64,000 nt of DNA. It comes from Isurus oxyrinchus (lineage: Eukaryota). A program made the translations under genes and the position numbers. The DNA is taken from contig JANJGN010000035.1 in assembly GCA_026770705.1 (NCBI GenBank), positions 13,888,001 to 13,952,000 of the forward strand. Direction: 5' to 3'. This document shows, in pieces, positions 22,950-35,419 of this stretch; position 1 is the stretch's first letter, and every line of letters begins with the position of its first letter. The notes below the pieces were generated by a model. It made no database searches. It was not told the origin of the DNA and saw nothing but the letters and a program-made list of their open reading frames with translations.

Positions 22950-23185
22950 CTAGACTGGAGACTTCAGTCACTGATAAGGGTTTTCCTGTCCAGCTACCTA
23001 GATGCCACTCAAAGGCATACAGAATCACATTGGACATACTAAGCATTCCAGGCTGAAAGAGCTACCGCCGCCACAACACCTCCCTCCCCCTTCTACCCGC
23101 GGGGTATTTCGCGGCATTTTTACACGTGACAAGCTCACGTTTCTCGTTTTGGATTCACCCAATATGTGAGAAATGCATTGCCCTG
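22950..23185 (-). pseudogene. Decayed ZNF relic (paralog 50640-50875)
   Basis: Minus tcacgtgtaaaaatgccgcgaaata resembles the HTGEKPWK codons; the paralog is clearer. Confidence 0.35.
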
Positions 23186-23574
23186 CTGAAGTCTCTACTT
23201 TTTGCAAATATCTCTCATATTTTCCTCTGAGATTTATATTTTGTATTGGAAAGTCCCTAGCCTAATGCACTGTATACATTGTGAAATAACGTCTTTTGTA
23301 TCCCCGAAACCTGTTTTGCTGAACTGCCTGTTGGAGGCAAATTCATTTGTGATTTTTTTTATGAAGGAGACTGTATTTACGGATGATATCGGCTTGGGTG
23401 TAAATAGGCCACAGTCAGCTGCGTGATGGATTTAAAGCCCATGTTACTACTGCAGGACCTTTCACTTACCCACTCTCCTATCCACTCATTACCTTCGCGA
23501 TCCTCGAATATTCCTCCACCTGATAGATTGAGACGAGTATATTTAACTTTCCATGGAGCTGCATTAGATGGCTG

Positions 23575-23720
23575 ACAGCAAGAACTTAATTACAGTACAG
23601 ATATGCCACAGAACAATGACGAATGCTAGCTGTTTACTTTCACCAGGTGTGGCTATATTCTCTGCCCAATACTCTTGGTTAAGTTTATTTGTCGATTCTG
23701 CGGTAACAGTGGGCAGGAAA
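23575..23720 (+). pseudogene. Decayed C2H2 finger (paralog 51270-51420)
   Basis: CAG ATA TGC CAC AGA ACA ATG ACG AAT GCT AGC TGT TTA CTT t CAC CAG (23598-23646): C4, M8, L14, H17-Q spacing with one frameshift. Confidence 0.5.
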
Positions 23721-25102
23721 AGCCTCGTGGCCAGAATTCTTTTTATTTTTATTATTTTCGATTGCACTTAACATGTTATTGACACTGATGCACAGAAATT
23801 GCCTTTGGATTTCCATTTCGTCTCCAGTATATTAATGCTGTTGGAGATACACATATCTCTCACTGTTTCAATTTACGTTTGTGAGGTGCTGTGCAGAAAT
23901 TCGAAGATACAAATAAATAAGTTAAGTAATTGTATGGGAACAGTTAATATTTAGCATTCCTCTGAGGAGAAAGAAGTGATTTTATTGTCCGCAGCACCTT
24001 TTTACAAACATTACAGTGCGTCTTATGGGGAGAGAAATGGTGTCCCATCAATGCGAGTGTGATTATGACGAGCAGACATTTCGTGTGTGTCCTGCATGAG
24101 CTCTAAAAAATCAGAAGGATTTGTGTGTCCTGGTGCATGAATCACAAAAAGTCTAGTGTGCGGGTACAACAAGTAATGAGAGGAGCTAATACAACATTAG
24201 CATTTCTTATGAGGGGAATTGAATTAAAAAAGCTTTTGGCCACCAGTGTTGAAGCTGAAAAGTAATCATTTCCGGCCGAGTTTTCTTCCTGACCCGAATT
24301 GATTGAGAAGTGTCTTCAGAGTCACAATCTTTAAAAGTTGTCTTGGTTTTAGTAGCTTCAATGGATTTCTCTCTGTTTCATAATGTTGTCAAACATTTCC
24401 GTGGGCATTTCTTGCTGTTTTTAGACTTGGCTCTTGACTGGCCGAGATATCTCAATTGTTCAGGCTGAGGGAAAGGGAGCTTTCTCGGCATTTAACCTTT
24501 ATTATACTAAAAGTACCATGATAGGTCTAATCACCATTCGCGTGAGGTCAACAGGAAGATGCATTATTGCAAATTATGCTCGGTATTAACCCATTAAAAA
24601 GCAGAGTGGTTCCACTGAATCTGCAATTGTACCACCCAAGGCCAACACACTCCTTATGTTGCTCTGATGAGTGTCTGAAAAAATATCAGAAACAGGGTCA
24701 CTGTTAGCTTCCACTGGCCTTCAGGACTGTTTCAACGTTAAATATGGTCATGTCTCATCTTGACTTTAAATGTCACCGTCCGGATCTGTTACAAAAGTGG
24801 TTAATATCTAAATCTGCATTGAACAGAATCAGTGCAGTTGCACCACACCCCACACCCCCCTCGCCACCCACACACCCCCCCCCCCACCACGCACCCCCGT
24901 CCCCCCCCGTCGCCCCCACCCCCGCCCTTGCCTAGAATTCAAAATCTACAAAAGCCACTGCGTGAAGTGATTTTAATATGTAAGTTGATGAATGGATTGT
25001 AGCTCTGCCTGCCACTGTCTCAGAACATGGTGTCGGATGTTATCACCGAGACAAGGAAAAAGGCTGTCTTCAAATTCTCGTGAACCTTCAGAATTCTAGT
25101 CA

Positions 25103-25123
25103 GGGGAGAACTGCGCATGCTCG
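25103..25123. promoter_or_regulatory. NRF1-like motif block
   Basis: ggggagaactgcgcatgctcg is identical (21/21) to 60862-60882 within diverged flanks; contains TGCGCATGC. Confidence 0.5.
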
Positions 25124-25705
25124 TTTTTTATTATCGAGACTGATTTTCATACTTCAGAGCAAAGAGATATAAGGAAAGCAGAGGAAGCTGAAATTGAAAT
25201 AGGAGAATCATGACAATATTAATATTGGAGCAGACCTGAAAGGCAGCACCGATGCTGCTCCTGCTCCTGTTTCTGATGTTATTACATACACGGATCAGAG
25301 CAACAAGAAGGTGTAAATTGACCTTGGAGTGGAAGGAGTGCAGATACCGATTTTTGTTCGGTTCATCGGGGAAATAATTTGCAAACTGCGAGCTCCGATT
25401 TTATGTAATTTCTTAAAATTAAAAGTAGACTGATGGAGATGTATTTTGTGTTAAAGTTGTGACATCAGAAGGAACTTATACAGCCTACCCTGTAGAACAG
25501 GAAGTTCTAGACACAATCAAGGCTCCAGTACCAAAAAAAAATCTCGGTCTATATTTACAACAATTCGCCAAAAAAATTCAATGGAAGCAATACATTGACA
25601 CCATTCTGTTGATATTTTAAAGCACTGTCCGTTCATGTATTTTGAGGCTGTAGGGGAATCCAGCATAAGTTGCTAGAGTTCTGTTTTTCAAATGAGAAAG
25701 ATTAC

Positions 25706-25770
25706 AGTCCAAACAGGGACTTGAATCGCGGACAATAAAAACCCGATGACTTAGCAACTGCGCTAGTGCT
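25706..25770 (-). pseudogene. tRNA-Lys(UUU) pseudogene with internal deletion
   Basis: agtccaaacagggacttgaatcgcggacaataaaaacccgatg...actgcgcta; flanks are homologous to those of the copies at 172 and 61473. Confidence 0.65.
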
Positions 25771-26149
25771 TTGACGGCCACTGCTAACATTTCTGAATGC
25801 TGGAGACATGGGATCTGCAGATGCTCGCTGAAAGTGTTCAATTCTGTGACGGTATTTACTGGAGTTCTATCAAATCAGAGGGATTTTAACACTAATCCAG
25901 AAAGCACAATTGAGACAGAGGATATTTCCTAATGATTTTCAATGTATGAGCAGTACTGAAGGCCAGGAGAGGATTTTTTTTTTCTGCCCACATTTCTGAC
26001 ATTCCTATAGGCACTGATCAGAGCCACAAGCCAGATGATGGAAGGAGTGCAGATTCAGCAGCTTTCCACTTTGTAATCGGTTGAATCGCCGGATAGTTTG
26101 CAAATTGTGACCTTCTGTTGTCTCCAGTATCACCTCCCGTCTTGTAACT

Positions 26150-26395
26150 TTGCTTTCCATGTGGTATAAGAAAACCCACAGTGCAGTTAGGGAGAGATTT
26201 GCAGGACCTGGACCGAGCGACAGAGAAGGAATGGTCGATATATTTCTTGGTCAGAATGGTGAGTGATTTGGAGGGCATCTTCTCGGCCGTGATTTTCCCG
26301 TCTATCTGCTGCCATTATACATCTGGATGGTAGTGGTCATGTTTTTGGAAGGTGCTGTCGGATGAGACGTGGTGAAAACCTGCCAGTGCCTCATG
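26150..26395 (-). mobile_element. CR1-group LINE 3' fragment (paralog 63660-63900)
   Basis: gaccgagcgacagagaaggaatggtcgatatatttc...atctgctgcc; shares the junction cctgccagtgc...ttaaaggcctc with 63885-63945. Confidence 0.7.
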
Positions 26396-26539
26396 TCTCT
26401 TACTGAGAGGGCCTGAATGACAATTCACTTAAAGGCCTCTCTCTCTCGCTCTACCACTGACACCCGACGTGAATAGTTCCTGCATTGTTCCTTTCAATTT
26501 GTTATTCCCTAAAGTTGAAAAGACTGACAGATGATCTCA

Positions 26540-28710
26540 TCGAAGTACATAGCATTTCAAGAACATGACAGGGCTGATTTTTGAAGTATGCCCCCTTTGC
26601 CTTGCGATTCTAACTGTATAGTCAGGGTGATAGGAAAAGAAGAAAGGGAGAACAGGTGGCAGTGTTGCTAAGGAGTTCATTGCAGTGTTGGAGAGGATAG
26701 ATGTGGCTGACGTTTCAAGTGTGGAATGTATGTAGCCAGAGGTACGGTACGAAAATGTAAAACCATATTTTCGGTGTCGCCTGAAGCCCACCAACCACTG
26801 CAAAGTATGTGGAAAACAATTTTGCAGTGAAGTTATGGACATGATGAAGAATTATAAAGTTTTTATAATAAGAGGTGTAATTACCCGAACATAGATAGAG
26901 ATATAGTGGTGTAAATGACAGAGAGAGGAAACAATTCCTAATATGTATTCGGTGTAGTTATCTATTGAGAAATGTTTACTGTCCAATGACAAATGATGCA
27001 GTTTGCAGCCTGTTTCTGGAGAATGAGATGCGTCAAATGGATCAGCATTAGTAGGTAATCATTCAGAGGCAACGATTCTGCCCCCATTAAGGCTTAGAAT
27101 GGCTTCGAAGGGAGAGAAAGGCCAATCGAAAATATTATTAAATCACTGGGAGACAGCCAACTGAATTGGGGTAAGAATGGATATATCGCAGATAAGTAGA
27201 AACTAACAATTAGCTGCCAAATGGCAACTCAACAATGGTCTGCTTTTAAAGATGAGATAATCCAATTACAATAAAAGCACATTACCACCAAAAGCAAAGT
27301 AGGGGAAAACATACTCATCATTCCTTGAATGTCAAAGGGGGAGAGATTGACAGGAAGTAGAAACATCGTGCTTATGTCAGCAGTTAGGTTGATACCATGA
27401 CCAGAAGTCAAGCTGAATGCATGAGGTTCCAAGGGGAATTTGAAGAAGCAAATACATGAAGTAAACAGGGAGTATGAGAAGAGAGTAGCAGCTAAAATAA
27501 ATCTGAATTCAATTTCCACTGTAGGCATATAGGAACGAAAAAGTCAGTAAATGGACGAGTGACGTCGAATTATTGATATACATAGAAAAAGCGCCATGGA
27601 TAATAGGCTTTCAAGGAATACTTTGCATTACTCTATAGCAAGGGAGAAGATGATTTCCAGGTATTGTGAAAGAAGGGGCGTTGAAGGGAAAGATTTTGAC
27701 ATTTTTAAAGAGGAGACATTGAATACCATGTCTGTACTTAAAGTTCTGAATGAAAGAGGACAGGATGAGCTTTATCCAAGGATAATGACGGAAGCGAGAA
27801 TAGAAATCGCAGAGGCACTGAGCCGAATTTTGCAATCTCCCCGTGGTGGTTCCAGAGGACTCGAGAATTTCAATTGCTACTCATGTTTTTTTTTCAAAAT
27901 TGGGCGCCTAGATCAGCCCAGCATTTACATGCAAGTCAGTTTAAGCTCAGCTGCGTGGAAGTTTTTAGAAATGATAATTCGAGACAACATGAAGTGTCAC
28001 TGGGGCAAATGTGGGTTATTTGAGAAAAACAGCTCAGATTTGATAAGGAAAACATTTAATTGGTTAAATAACTTTCCTGACTTTTTTAAAGGTAACAGAA
28101 AGCTTTAATAAGGGTAATGAAATTGATGTCATGCACATGAACCAAAGGATTGCATTTCACAAAGTCGTCCACAATAGACTTGTGAGCAAAGTTAGAGCTC
28201 ATGGAAGGAAAGGGCCACCTGCAACATATATATGGAGTTGGCTGAGTGCAAGAAAACAAAGAGTAGTGGTGAATGTTTATTGTTTTCTGGAGGAAAGCTT
28301 ACATTGGCATTTCGTAGGCATGGGTCTGATGAACGCTCGTTCTTCTGCAAAATATGTTAAAGACATAGGTCTATTTGGACATGGCCTAATTTCAGAATTT
28401 AAACAAGATGCAACAATTGGAAAAATGTTGACACACGAGCAGGATATTGTAGCCCTTCCAGAGGACGTTGACATGTTGGTATAAGGGCCGGAGAAGGGGC
28501 AGGTCAAAGTTTGTTGACGGAAGAGTGAAGTGACTCATTTTCATCAGAAAAATGTAGAGAGGAAATATGAAACAAATCGTGGAATCCTGAAGGGTTTGCA
28601 CGAACAGGGGGATCTGGCAGTATATGTGCTATGGTCTACATATGGAGGTGTAATTGAGACTGGTTAAGAAAGCGAAAATCAACCTGTACTTTAACAGTAG
28701 GGGCATTTTG
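26540..28710 (+). mobile_element. CR1 LINE ORF2 remnant (endonuclease end, tether, RT)
   Basis: ORFs 27596-28108 (GQDELYPRIMTEARIEIAEAL) and 28131-28484 (AFHKVVHNRLVSKVRAHG...WLSARKQRVVVN). Confidence 0.9.
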
Positions 28711-28719
28711 TCAAAATCT

Positions 28720-30100
28720 CTGTATCCTTTCCAGCCCCTACAGCCTCCTTATATTGGTAAACTTCTCCATCCCTCACAGCACTCCCTACGTCTATAACAT
28801 CCCTTTGTCCCTACAAACCTCCCTATCTCAGGAACATTCTGCAGCACCTTCCAACCCTCCATTTCTTTTTTACATCTTTCAGTTCCTAATAAACTGCCTA
28901 CCTCTGTTACTTTCAACACTGTCATATAACACCGTATCAATAAATTCATTATGCTCTACCTATCTCTGAACCAATCATAAGCCCGTATAAAAGTCAGCCT
29001 TCTCTGAAAGCTGACCAAGTCACCACACCGCCTACCTCGGGCATTTCATTTAGACCCTTAAACCATCTCTACCACTCTTTGAACACCTTATGCGACTTTG
29101 TCTCCCTGCAACAATCTCCTGCCCTTCAATGTTCCCTATCTCTGAAACCTCCTCCAGCCATAAAACACTTCTTAACTCTGGAATCTCCGCCAGCTTCATC
29201 AATCCTCCCTATGACTGTTAACTTCTCCAGCACCGGCAATACTCCCTTTATCAGTAACCTTCTCCAGCCCCTACAAAGCTCTCCTATCTCAGAACCTCCA
29301 ACAGCTCCTACCATTGTTCCAAAGACTGAAAACTTCTGAAATTATTACTACTCCCCGTAACTCAAAACCTCCTCTCCCATCTACGACTCTTTCCACCTCT
29401 GTTACATCCTCCAGGCTCATAGCAATTCCTAGCTCTGTATTGCCATCCGGACCATGCAACCCCGCAATCCCGTGACTTCCTGCAGGTCACGCTGCACGCT
29501 TATCACTGTTATCTCTTCTGGCCCGACAATGCTCCTTCCCTCTGTAACTTCCTCCTGTCCTACAACAATTCCTATACCTCTATTCTCCTCCAGCTCCTTA
29601 TTCACTCTCCATTTCAGTAACTACCTCCAACCCCTACAAGCCTCTCAATACCTGTGACCTTCTTCAAATCCTACAGTCTCCTAACTCCTCAACATTCTCC
29701 AATCTTTGCAGTTATCCCTATCGGTGTAATCTCCTGAGCGTTGCAAACAGCTCCATCTCCAGAACCTCCTCCAGACCCTGCAAACGTCCCTACCTGTGCT
29801 GCCACCTCCAGCGCCTACAACACTCTCTAACTCTGTAACCTTCTGCAGTGTCTACAACCAGACCCATCTCTTCAGCCTTCTCCAGCACATATATCTGCCC
29901 CTATATCTGTAATGGCCTCCATCCCGTCTTATGATTTCTATTTATGTAACAACCACAAAACCCTGCAGCGCTCCCTAGTTCTATAAGCTGCTTTGGAGCC
30001 AAAAATCCTCCCCTTCTCTGTAACCTCCTCCAGCCCCACAAGCCTTCCCATTTCTGCGCCTCCTCAAGCCCTTACAACCTTCCCAACTCCGTAACCTCAA
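28720..30100 (+). repeat. 37-bp L2-derived minisatellite, second array
   Basis: Units such as cttctctgtaacctcctccagccccacaagccttccc; paralog of 14200-15062. Confidence 0.85.
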
Positions 30101-30384
30101 TTATCTCTGGGCATCATTACAACTATGCTTTTACTAGCAACTTACTCAATGCAACTTGTCTGAAATGTGTTCAATAATGCAACAATAAAAATATTTTTAC
30201 AGAAGTCATTCAATATCGCTATTTTACAATTGGCATGTTATAATTCGCAAAAAGTAAGTTTATATAATATATCTGTTGTGTAATTACTCCCTCAAGACAT
30301 AAGTGCTCACAAAATATAAAACAACTGGAATGAGTATCTTTTTCCAATTATTTAGACTGCACAATGTCCAGTTGTACGTATGAC

Positions 30385-30665
30385 AGTTGTTTAGGGGTTG
30401 TGTTGCTGTGCAATGTATTGCAGGGTTCAGAAGTGTAGGCGTTATGTTACTGGACTGATTATCTACGATGCTGGTGTATAGATGTTATGTCAGAAAACCA
30501 AATATCCAGTGAACAGGAGCGTAGGGACTATGTCACTTGAGTAATTATCCAAGTTGCAGGGGTGTCAATGTTACATTGCTGGACTAAAAATCCAGGGTAC
30601 AGTCGTGTAGGTTTAATGTTCATGGACAGGTATTATAGGGACCAGCAGTGTACATGTTATATTAA
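30385..30665 (+). repeat. 43-bp SINE-head-derived minisatellite, second and shorter array
   Basis: gttatgttactggactgattatcta..., gttacattgctggactaaaaatccagggtacagtcgtgtagg. Confidence 0.85.
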
Positions 30666-31059
30666 TACAATAATTGTGTTGAGCGCAGACTAAATAAACA
30701 GTTCTTAAAATTAACCTGATGGGTTATGTTCCATCTGATTGCCAAACACAGCACAGAATATCATGCAAATAGATTCACCCATTTTATTTAAATTTCAAAC
30801 ACAACGACGCATCAAACATGCAGATTCAGTTACAACTGAAGTGGCAAACAATCATCTACCAAGCTCATTTGGCATAAGGCATTTAGCAGTAAAACTCCAG
30901 CCAAATGCACAATCAAAGCAGAAAAAAACACATTTGAACATAACTACAATATTTGAGATTATGTCACTGCATTTAGTATAAAACCAACGCTGGAGTATAA
31001 TTTGCCTCAAGCACAAATTAGCTTTTCAGTGTAGAAATATCAAGACAAAAAACCCTCAT

Positions 31060-31265
31060 CAAAAGACCAAGATGACCATTAACAATTTCAAGCAGCAGAC
31101 AATCGAGGGAGTCGTTTGACCACACTGTCTACGCATATTCATGGCTAAGTACATGGTCAGGTGTCCCTCGTGAGGGAGCACACGCTGTCTCCAGGCATTG
31201 TCCAGGCCTTCCTTGTTTGGTGGGAACTGTGGGGACTGGGATTTTTTATTGACCCTGTTAAGCAC
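31060..31265 (-). pseudogene. Decayed ZNF relic, paralog of 17270-17470
   Basis: KEGLDNAWRQRVLPHEGH versus MEGFDNASRHCMLPHQGH. Confidence 0.4.
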
Positions 31266-32369
31266 ATTTAGATTTAACGTTTGTACCTTTCCATTAACTT
31301 AAGTCTTGATTTTGCAGCTTGCTTTTAAGAGGCTGCACTGAACTTTTTGCGTAATTTTGTTAACTTAATTTATTTGTATGACTCAGAAGATTTTACACGG
31401 AACAGGAAAAAAAAACTGTTAAGAAAATGTTAATTCATCATTTTCTGGGGGAGAATTGAGTGCTGCTGAAATAAGAGATATTTCGAAGCTTTTCAACATG
31501 CACCTATCAGGCTGTTTGGTAGCCTTTTGAATTCAGTTCCATTAAACGTAGGAGGTCACTCAATTGGACATCACGACCCTGGCCAATTGAACTCCCTCCA
31601 TGTGCCCTTGTTTTCTTTAATAATTTACGGTGTGTGGGCGATGCTGGCTTGCTCAGCATCCAAAAATGTACCGGGCTTTGTATGAGGGCCCATTTTCTTC
31701 AGAATATTTTTTACGACTTTGATCTGAGTGCCTAGGTTGCATTTTCAAATGTTCAAATGATAAGACATTTTGAAGTAAATAGCCCGGAAGAAAAAATGTA
31801 TTACCAGGTTCAAGAGGCTCGTGATCTGGGGAGACAAGAATCAGAAAACACTTCACGCAGGTAAGTGGGAAGCGGTGAGATTTGACAAGAATAACGAGGA
31901 AATGTAATTTAAACTTCAAACCAAATAAGAAGTCTGCAAAGGAATGTCAATGGGACTGAAAGGCATTGGGCATTGATCCTAGAAAATAACATGTCAATTT
32001 GTGAATGCTCTTGAAAAACAATTAGGTATTGTGCTTTACAGACTCTCTAATATACACATGCTTAGCCGGGTCAAATGGACCGAAATCATAGCAACATCAT
32101 GCATGGAATCCTGACGTGTGAAGCTAACTGTGTCTCATCACTATCTGGAACAAGGGGATGGAAATTGCATTTCAACGCCACTTGTTACACAGCTGAATAT
32201 TAGTGTTTGCACAACTGGTCGCTATGATTTCTTATCCACAGGCTTTGGATTGTGAGCAACTGGAACAGGAATGGCTGATTTCCAACAATGAGGAACATTA
32301 TGTATGTCAGTAATTCACCAAGGGACCTTAGAGAGTTCCTTTCAAAGGAACGATAACTAGAATATTGAA

Positions 32370-32640
32370 GGACCAGTATAACTAATAGAATGCAACACCA
32401 GCACGTGGGAATTCCGATCCAAGTAACTCACCATCCTGACTTGGGGATATATCACTTTTCCTTCACCGTCCCTGTCTCAATATAATGTAACTATCTCCGT
32501 AACAGCACTGTGGGTATAGCACTGTAGAATATAAGCTCTTTAGCCGCATAAGAATGTAGCTGAACACCACCTTCTCAAAGGGCAATTAGGGATGGGCAAT
32601 AAATTCTGGCCAAGCCAGCGAAGCCCACCTGCCGCTAATG
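32370..32640 (+). mobile_element. 3' portion of a CR1-group LINE
   Basis: caccatcctgacttgggg...caccaccttctcaaagggcaattagggatgggcaataaattctggccaagccagcgaagcccac. Confidence 0.8.
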
Positions 32641-33019
32641 ACTTAAAATAAACGATTTGAGAAAGAACAGAGGGAAATAAGCTGCGTCATGACGAGCACT
32701 TTCCTTAAGAATGCATCCACCGACCTGATTTCGACTGCAAACTTTCTCCAGACTCAAACGCTTGAATTGCTTCTCCAGCGGCCATTTATTGATCGGAACA
32801 CGAAACCCCTTTATATCATGAACTAAAGCCTGATGCACATTCAAATGTTTCTATAATTCATCACTTACAAATCAATTAAAGCAAAAAAAAAACAGCTCGA
32901 ATAATGAGCAACATTACAGACATTATCTGTGATCAAATGTGGATCAAATACGGATCTTTAGGCAAATATGTATTTATTATCCGATGTGAAGCATGCGTGT
33001 CATATATTACCTGTCCTAA

Positions 33020-33925
33020 GACTATAAGGACATAAGAATTAGGAGCAGGGGTGGGCCATTCGGTCCCTCAAACCTGTCCCGCCATTTCATAAGATCATGG
33101 CTTATCTTCGCCACGCCTGAAATGCTCTATCATGTCAGATCCTCATGGCCCCCAACTGCCCATCATTTCAAAAACCTATCTACTTCCTTTTTAAATCGCC
33201 AGCACCGCTCTCTAAGGAAGAGAATATCAGCATCCACAGCCCTCTGAGAGAAGAAATTCATTTACATTGCAATTTCAATGAGTCTCCCCTTATTCTGTAA
33301 CTGTGTTCCGTTGTTCAAGCTTCGCCCACTAATGGCAACATCTCCTCAGCACCTACCTTTCAAGGCAACTAAAGGTATTTTACGACCCAATAACATCGCC
33401 CACATTCTTCCATACTCTCACGAATAAAGGCCTAATCTGCTTAGCCATTCTTGATAAGTCAACTCCTTCATCGCAGGAATCATCTGCGTGAACCTCTGTT
33501 GAACATCCACTAATGCCTTTATATGCTTATGAAATATGGAGACCTGAACTGTTTAATGTACTCCAGGTGCGGCCTCACCAACACCCTATTCAGTTGTAAT
33601 AAGTCTCCACTTTTTTTTTTAACTGCAACCACCTAGCAATACAGGCCAAATGTCCATTTGCCTCCTTAAATGATTGCTGCACTTTCATGCTACATTTTGT
33701 GTTTCCTGCACAAGACAACCAGGTCCCTCTGTGCTGCATATTTCTTGCAGTCTCTTGCCATTTAAATAGTAGTCTCCCTTTTGATTTTTCCTACCAAAAC
33801 ACATGGTCTCACACTTCCTTACATTAAGGTCGATCTGCAATTTTTTTGACAGCTGACTTAACCTGTCTCTACCCACTTGCAGATTACTTAAGTCCTCATC
33901 AGAACATCTCCCTCCACTTATGTGC
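33020..33925 (-). mobile_element. CR1 LINE 3' portion
   Basis: ataaggacataagaattaggagcagggg tail; ORF 33685-33876 DRLSQLSKKLQIDLNVRKCETMCFGRKN. Confidence 0.9.
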
Positions 33926-34444
33926 AGTTGTCACTATTGGTGTTTCATTCAAAAGCTGAATTCCGTTTCTCACTTTGCTTTTGATCCATCATTTTTTTCT
34001 GAGTCTCAAATAATAAAAGCATTTTAATTTCCTTCGTTGTTACATTTAGTTATGTTCTAATGCTGGGTTGATCACTTGGACTTATTATGATCATTCTAAA
34101 TTGGATATAATATTTTCGCAGAAGATGCCCTCATCCTTTTGTTCTTTGGCAGTAAAGAAATTGAGTATTGCTGGAAAAGGAGCTTCATCAAAATCTCTTT
34201 TTTTTCTCAGCAATATAATCCGTTAAGATAATTTCCTTTAATTTACGACCTCATTCGCCTGACAAATATCTCAACTCGTCTTGTCAAATTATGTTTGCAG
34301 ATGCTTAATTGTCATATTATCCCAAAACTTAAAAACTTTCTTGACAGGTTTTGCAGCGTTTGTTTTCTCACTATTAAGGGAGGAGCTACACCGCTTTGTT
34401 AAATGAATTTCAAATCTCTGTTTGAAACAGAGGCTTGAAAGAAT

Positions 34445-35160
34445 TAGTGATAGAGCAAAAACATGGAAAATGTGCCTTTTCAAGCCAGTTGCTCTCTCGA
34501 AACAGATTGAGTTAGAGAATGCCCTTCACAGCCAAGTCGCAGTGGCTCAAGTCATTGAACAACATATTTGGTGAATGTGGAAAGGGAGCAGCCATTTTCC
34601 ATGACTGCTTCATCATCAACTCCCGATGCCTCTCCCCCGAATCGGCATTCAGTGGAATGTATATCACAATAACTTATGCTTCATTCAGCTCAAACTTTGG
34701 AAGGGTGAAGGAGCCAGGCACAGTAGGTCAATGTTAGCGAGTCAAATGTGTTTCTTAAATTTAAAGTGTTTTCATCAACGTCAGTTTACCTACAAACTTC
34801 TGCAGCATTTTCCTTGCGATTTATTTCTAGCAGTTAGGGCTCTACTGTGGAGAAACAGATCAAATTCTGAAATTATAATTGGGCTCTCTGGGATGTCTGA
34901 ATTTCGCCAGCTATCGGCTGAAGCGGAGCAAACTCGCCTCCTTGAATTCTGGCAAAATTCCTTTGCAAGTTCGATTCTCATCAGTTTAATTGCCAACTAG
35001 CCACACGTTTCCAAGTCTTGCCATCTTCGTCCCAGTCCTCATTGAGGCCAATTGGAAAACTATTGTGGCTCCTCTCGAACTGGCAAGTCGAAGAGTTTCC
35101 CTTCCAAAGCTTTGGTTGGTGCAAGCCCAAACAAGACATGTCAAATCAGACATGGTATAA
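34445..35160 (+). pseudogene. Decayed multi-finger C2H2 ZNF exon
   Basis: gagcaaaaacatggaaaatgtg resembles EKPWKC codons; cccttcaca (PFT); TTT GGT GAA TGT GGA AAG GGA (FGECGKG, 34567) then ctgcttcatcatcaa (LLHHQ); GAA TCG GCA TTC AGT similar to ERPFT; TCT ACT GTG GAG AAA CAG ATC AAA TTC (34841-34867) similar to HTGEKPFKC. Confidence 0.7.
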
Positions 35161-35419
35161 TGGGGTTCGTGAAGGGTGCAGTTTAAATTAGCTCTCAGCC
35201 TCGCCCGACCTCGCCCTATCCCGGATAGTTGTTATTTGCCACGCCACACTGTGGTCCCGACTCGGCAGCCCCGCTTCCCCTAGGCCTCTGCAGAAACGCT
35301 CACCGGGCCCTCTCGCCTCCCCACACACAAAAAATGAACCCGGAAACAACCCCGAAACTCAAAGAAATAGTCTAAACCGATGAGCATTGCAGAATACATG
35401 CTGCCATAAATACTTATGG

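Larger units (their letters stand above)
1..25540. repeat. Copy A of a large degenerate tandem segmental unit
   Basis: Collinear homology by eye: 1-620 ~ 25540-26140 ~ 61290-61915; 3354-3800 ~ 28100-28560; 14200-19780 ~ 28720-37290; 19790-24235 ~ 47610-51900; 24240-25540 ~ 60110-61290. Boundaries approximate. Confidence 0.85.

Noticed and set aside
23564-23767. MHC class I alpha-1-like peptide (NKLNQEYWAENI)
   Set aside because: No upstream alpha-1 motifs or other MHC exons; the opposite strand fits C2H2 spacing better.
27596-28484. Host protein-coding genes (170 and 117 aa)
   Set aside because: Broken CR1 ORF2 fragments; likewise 39264-40012 and 54552-54929.
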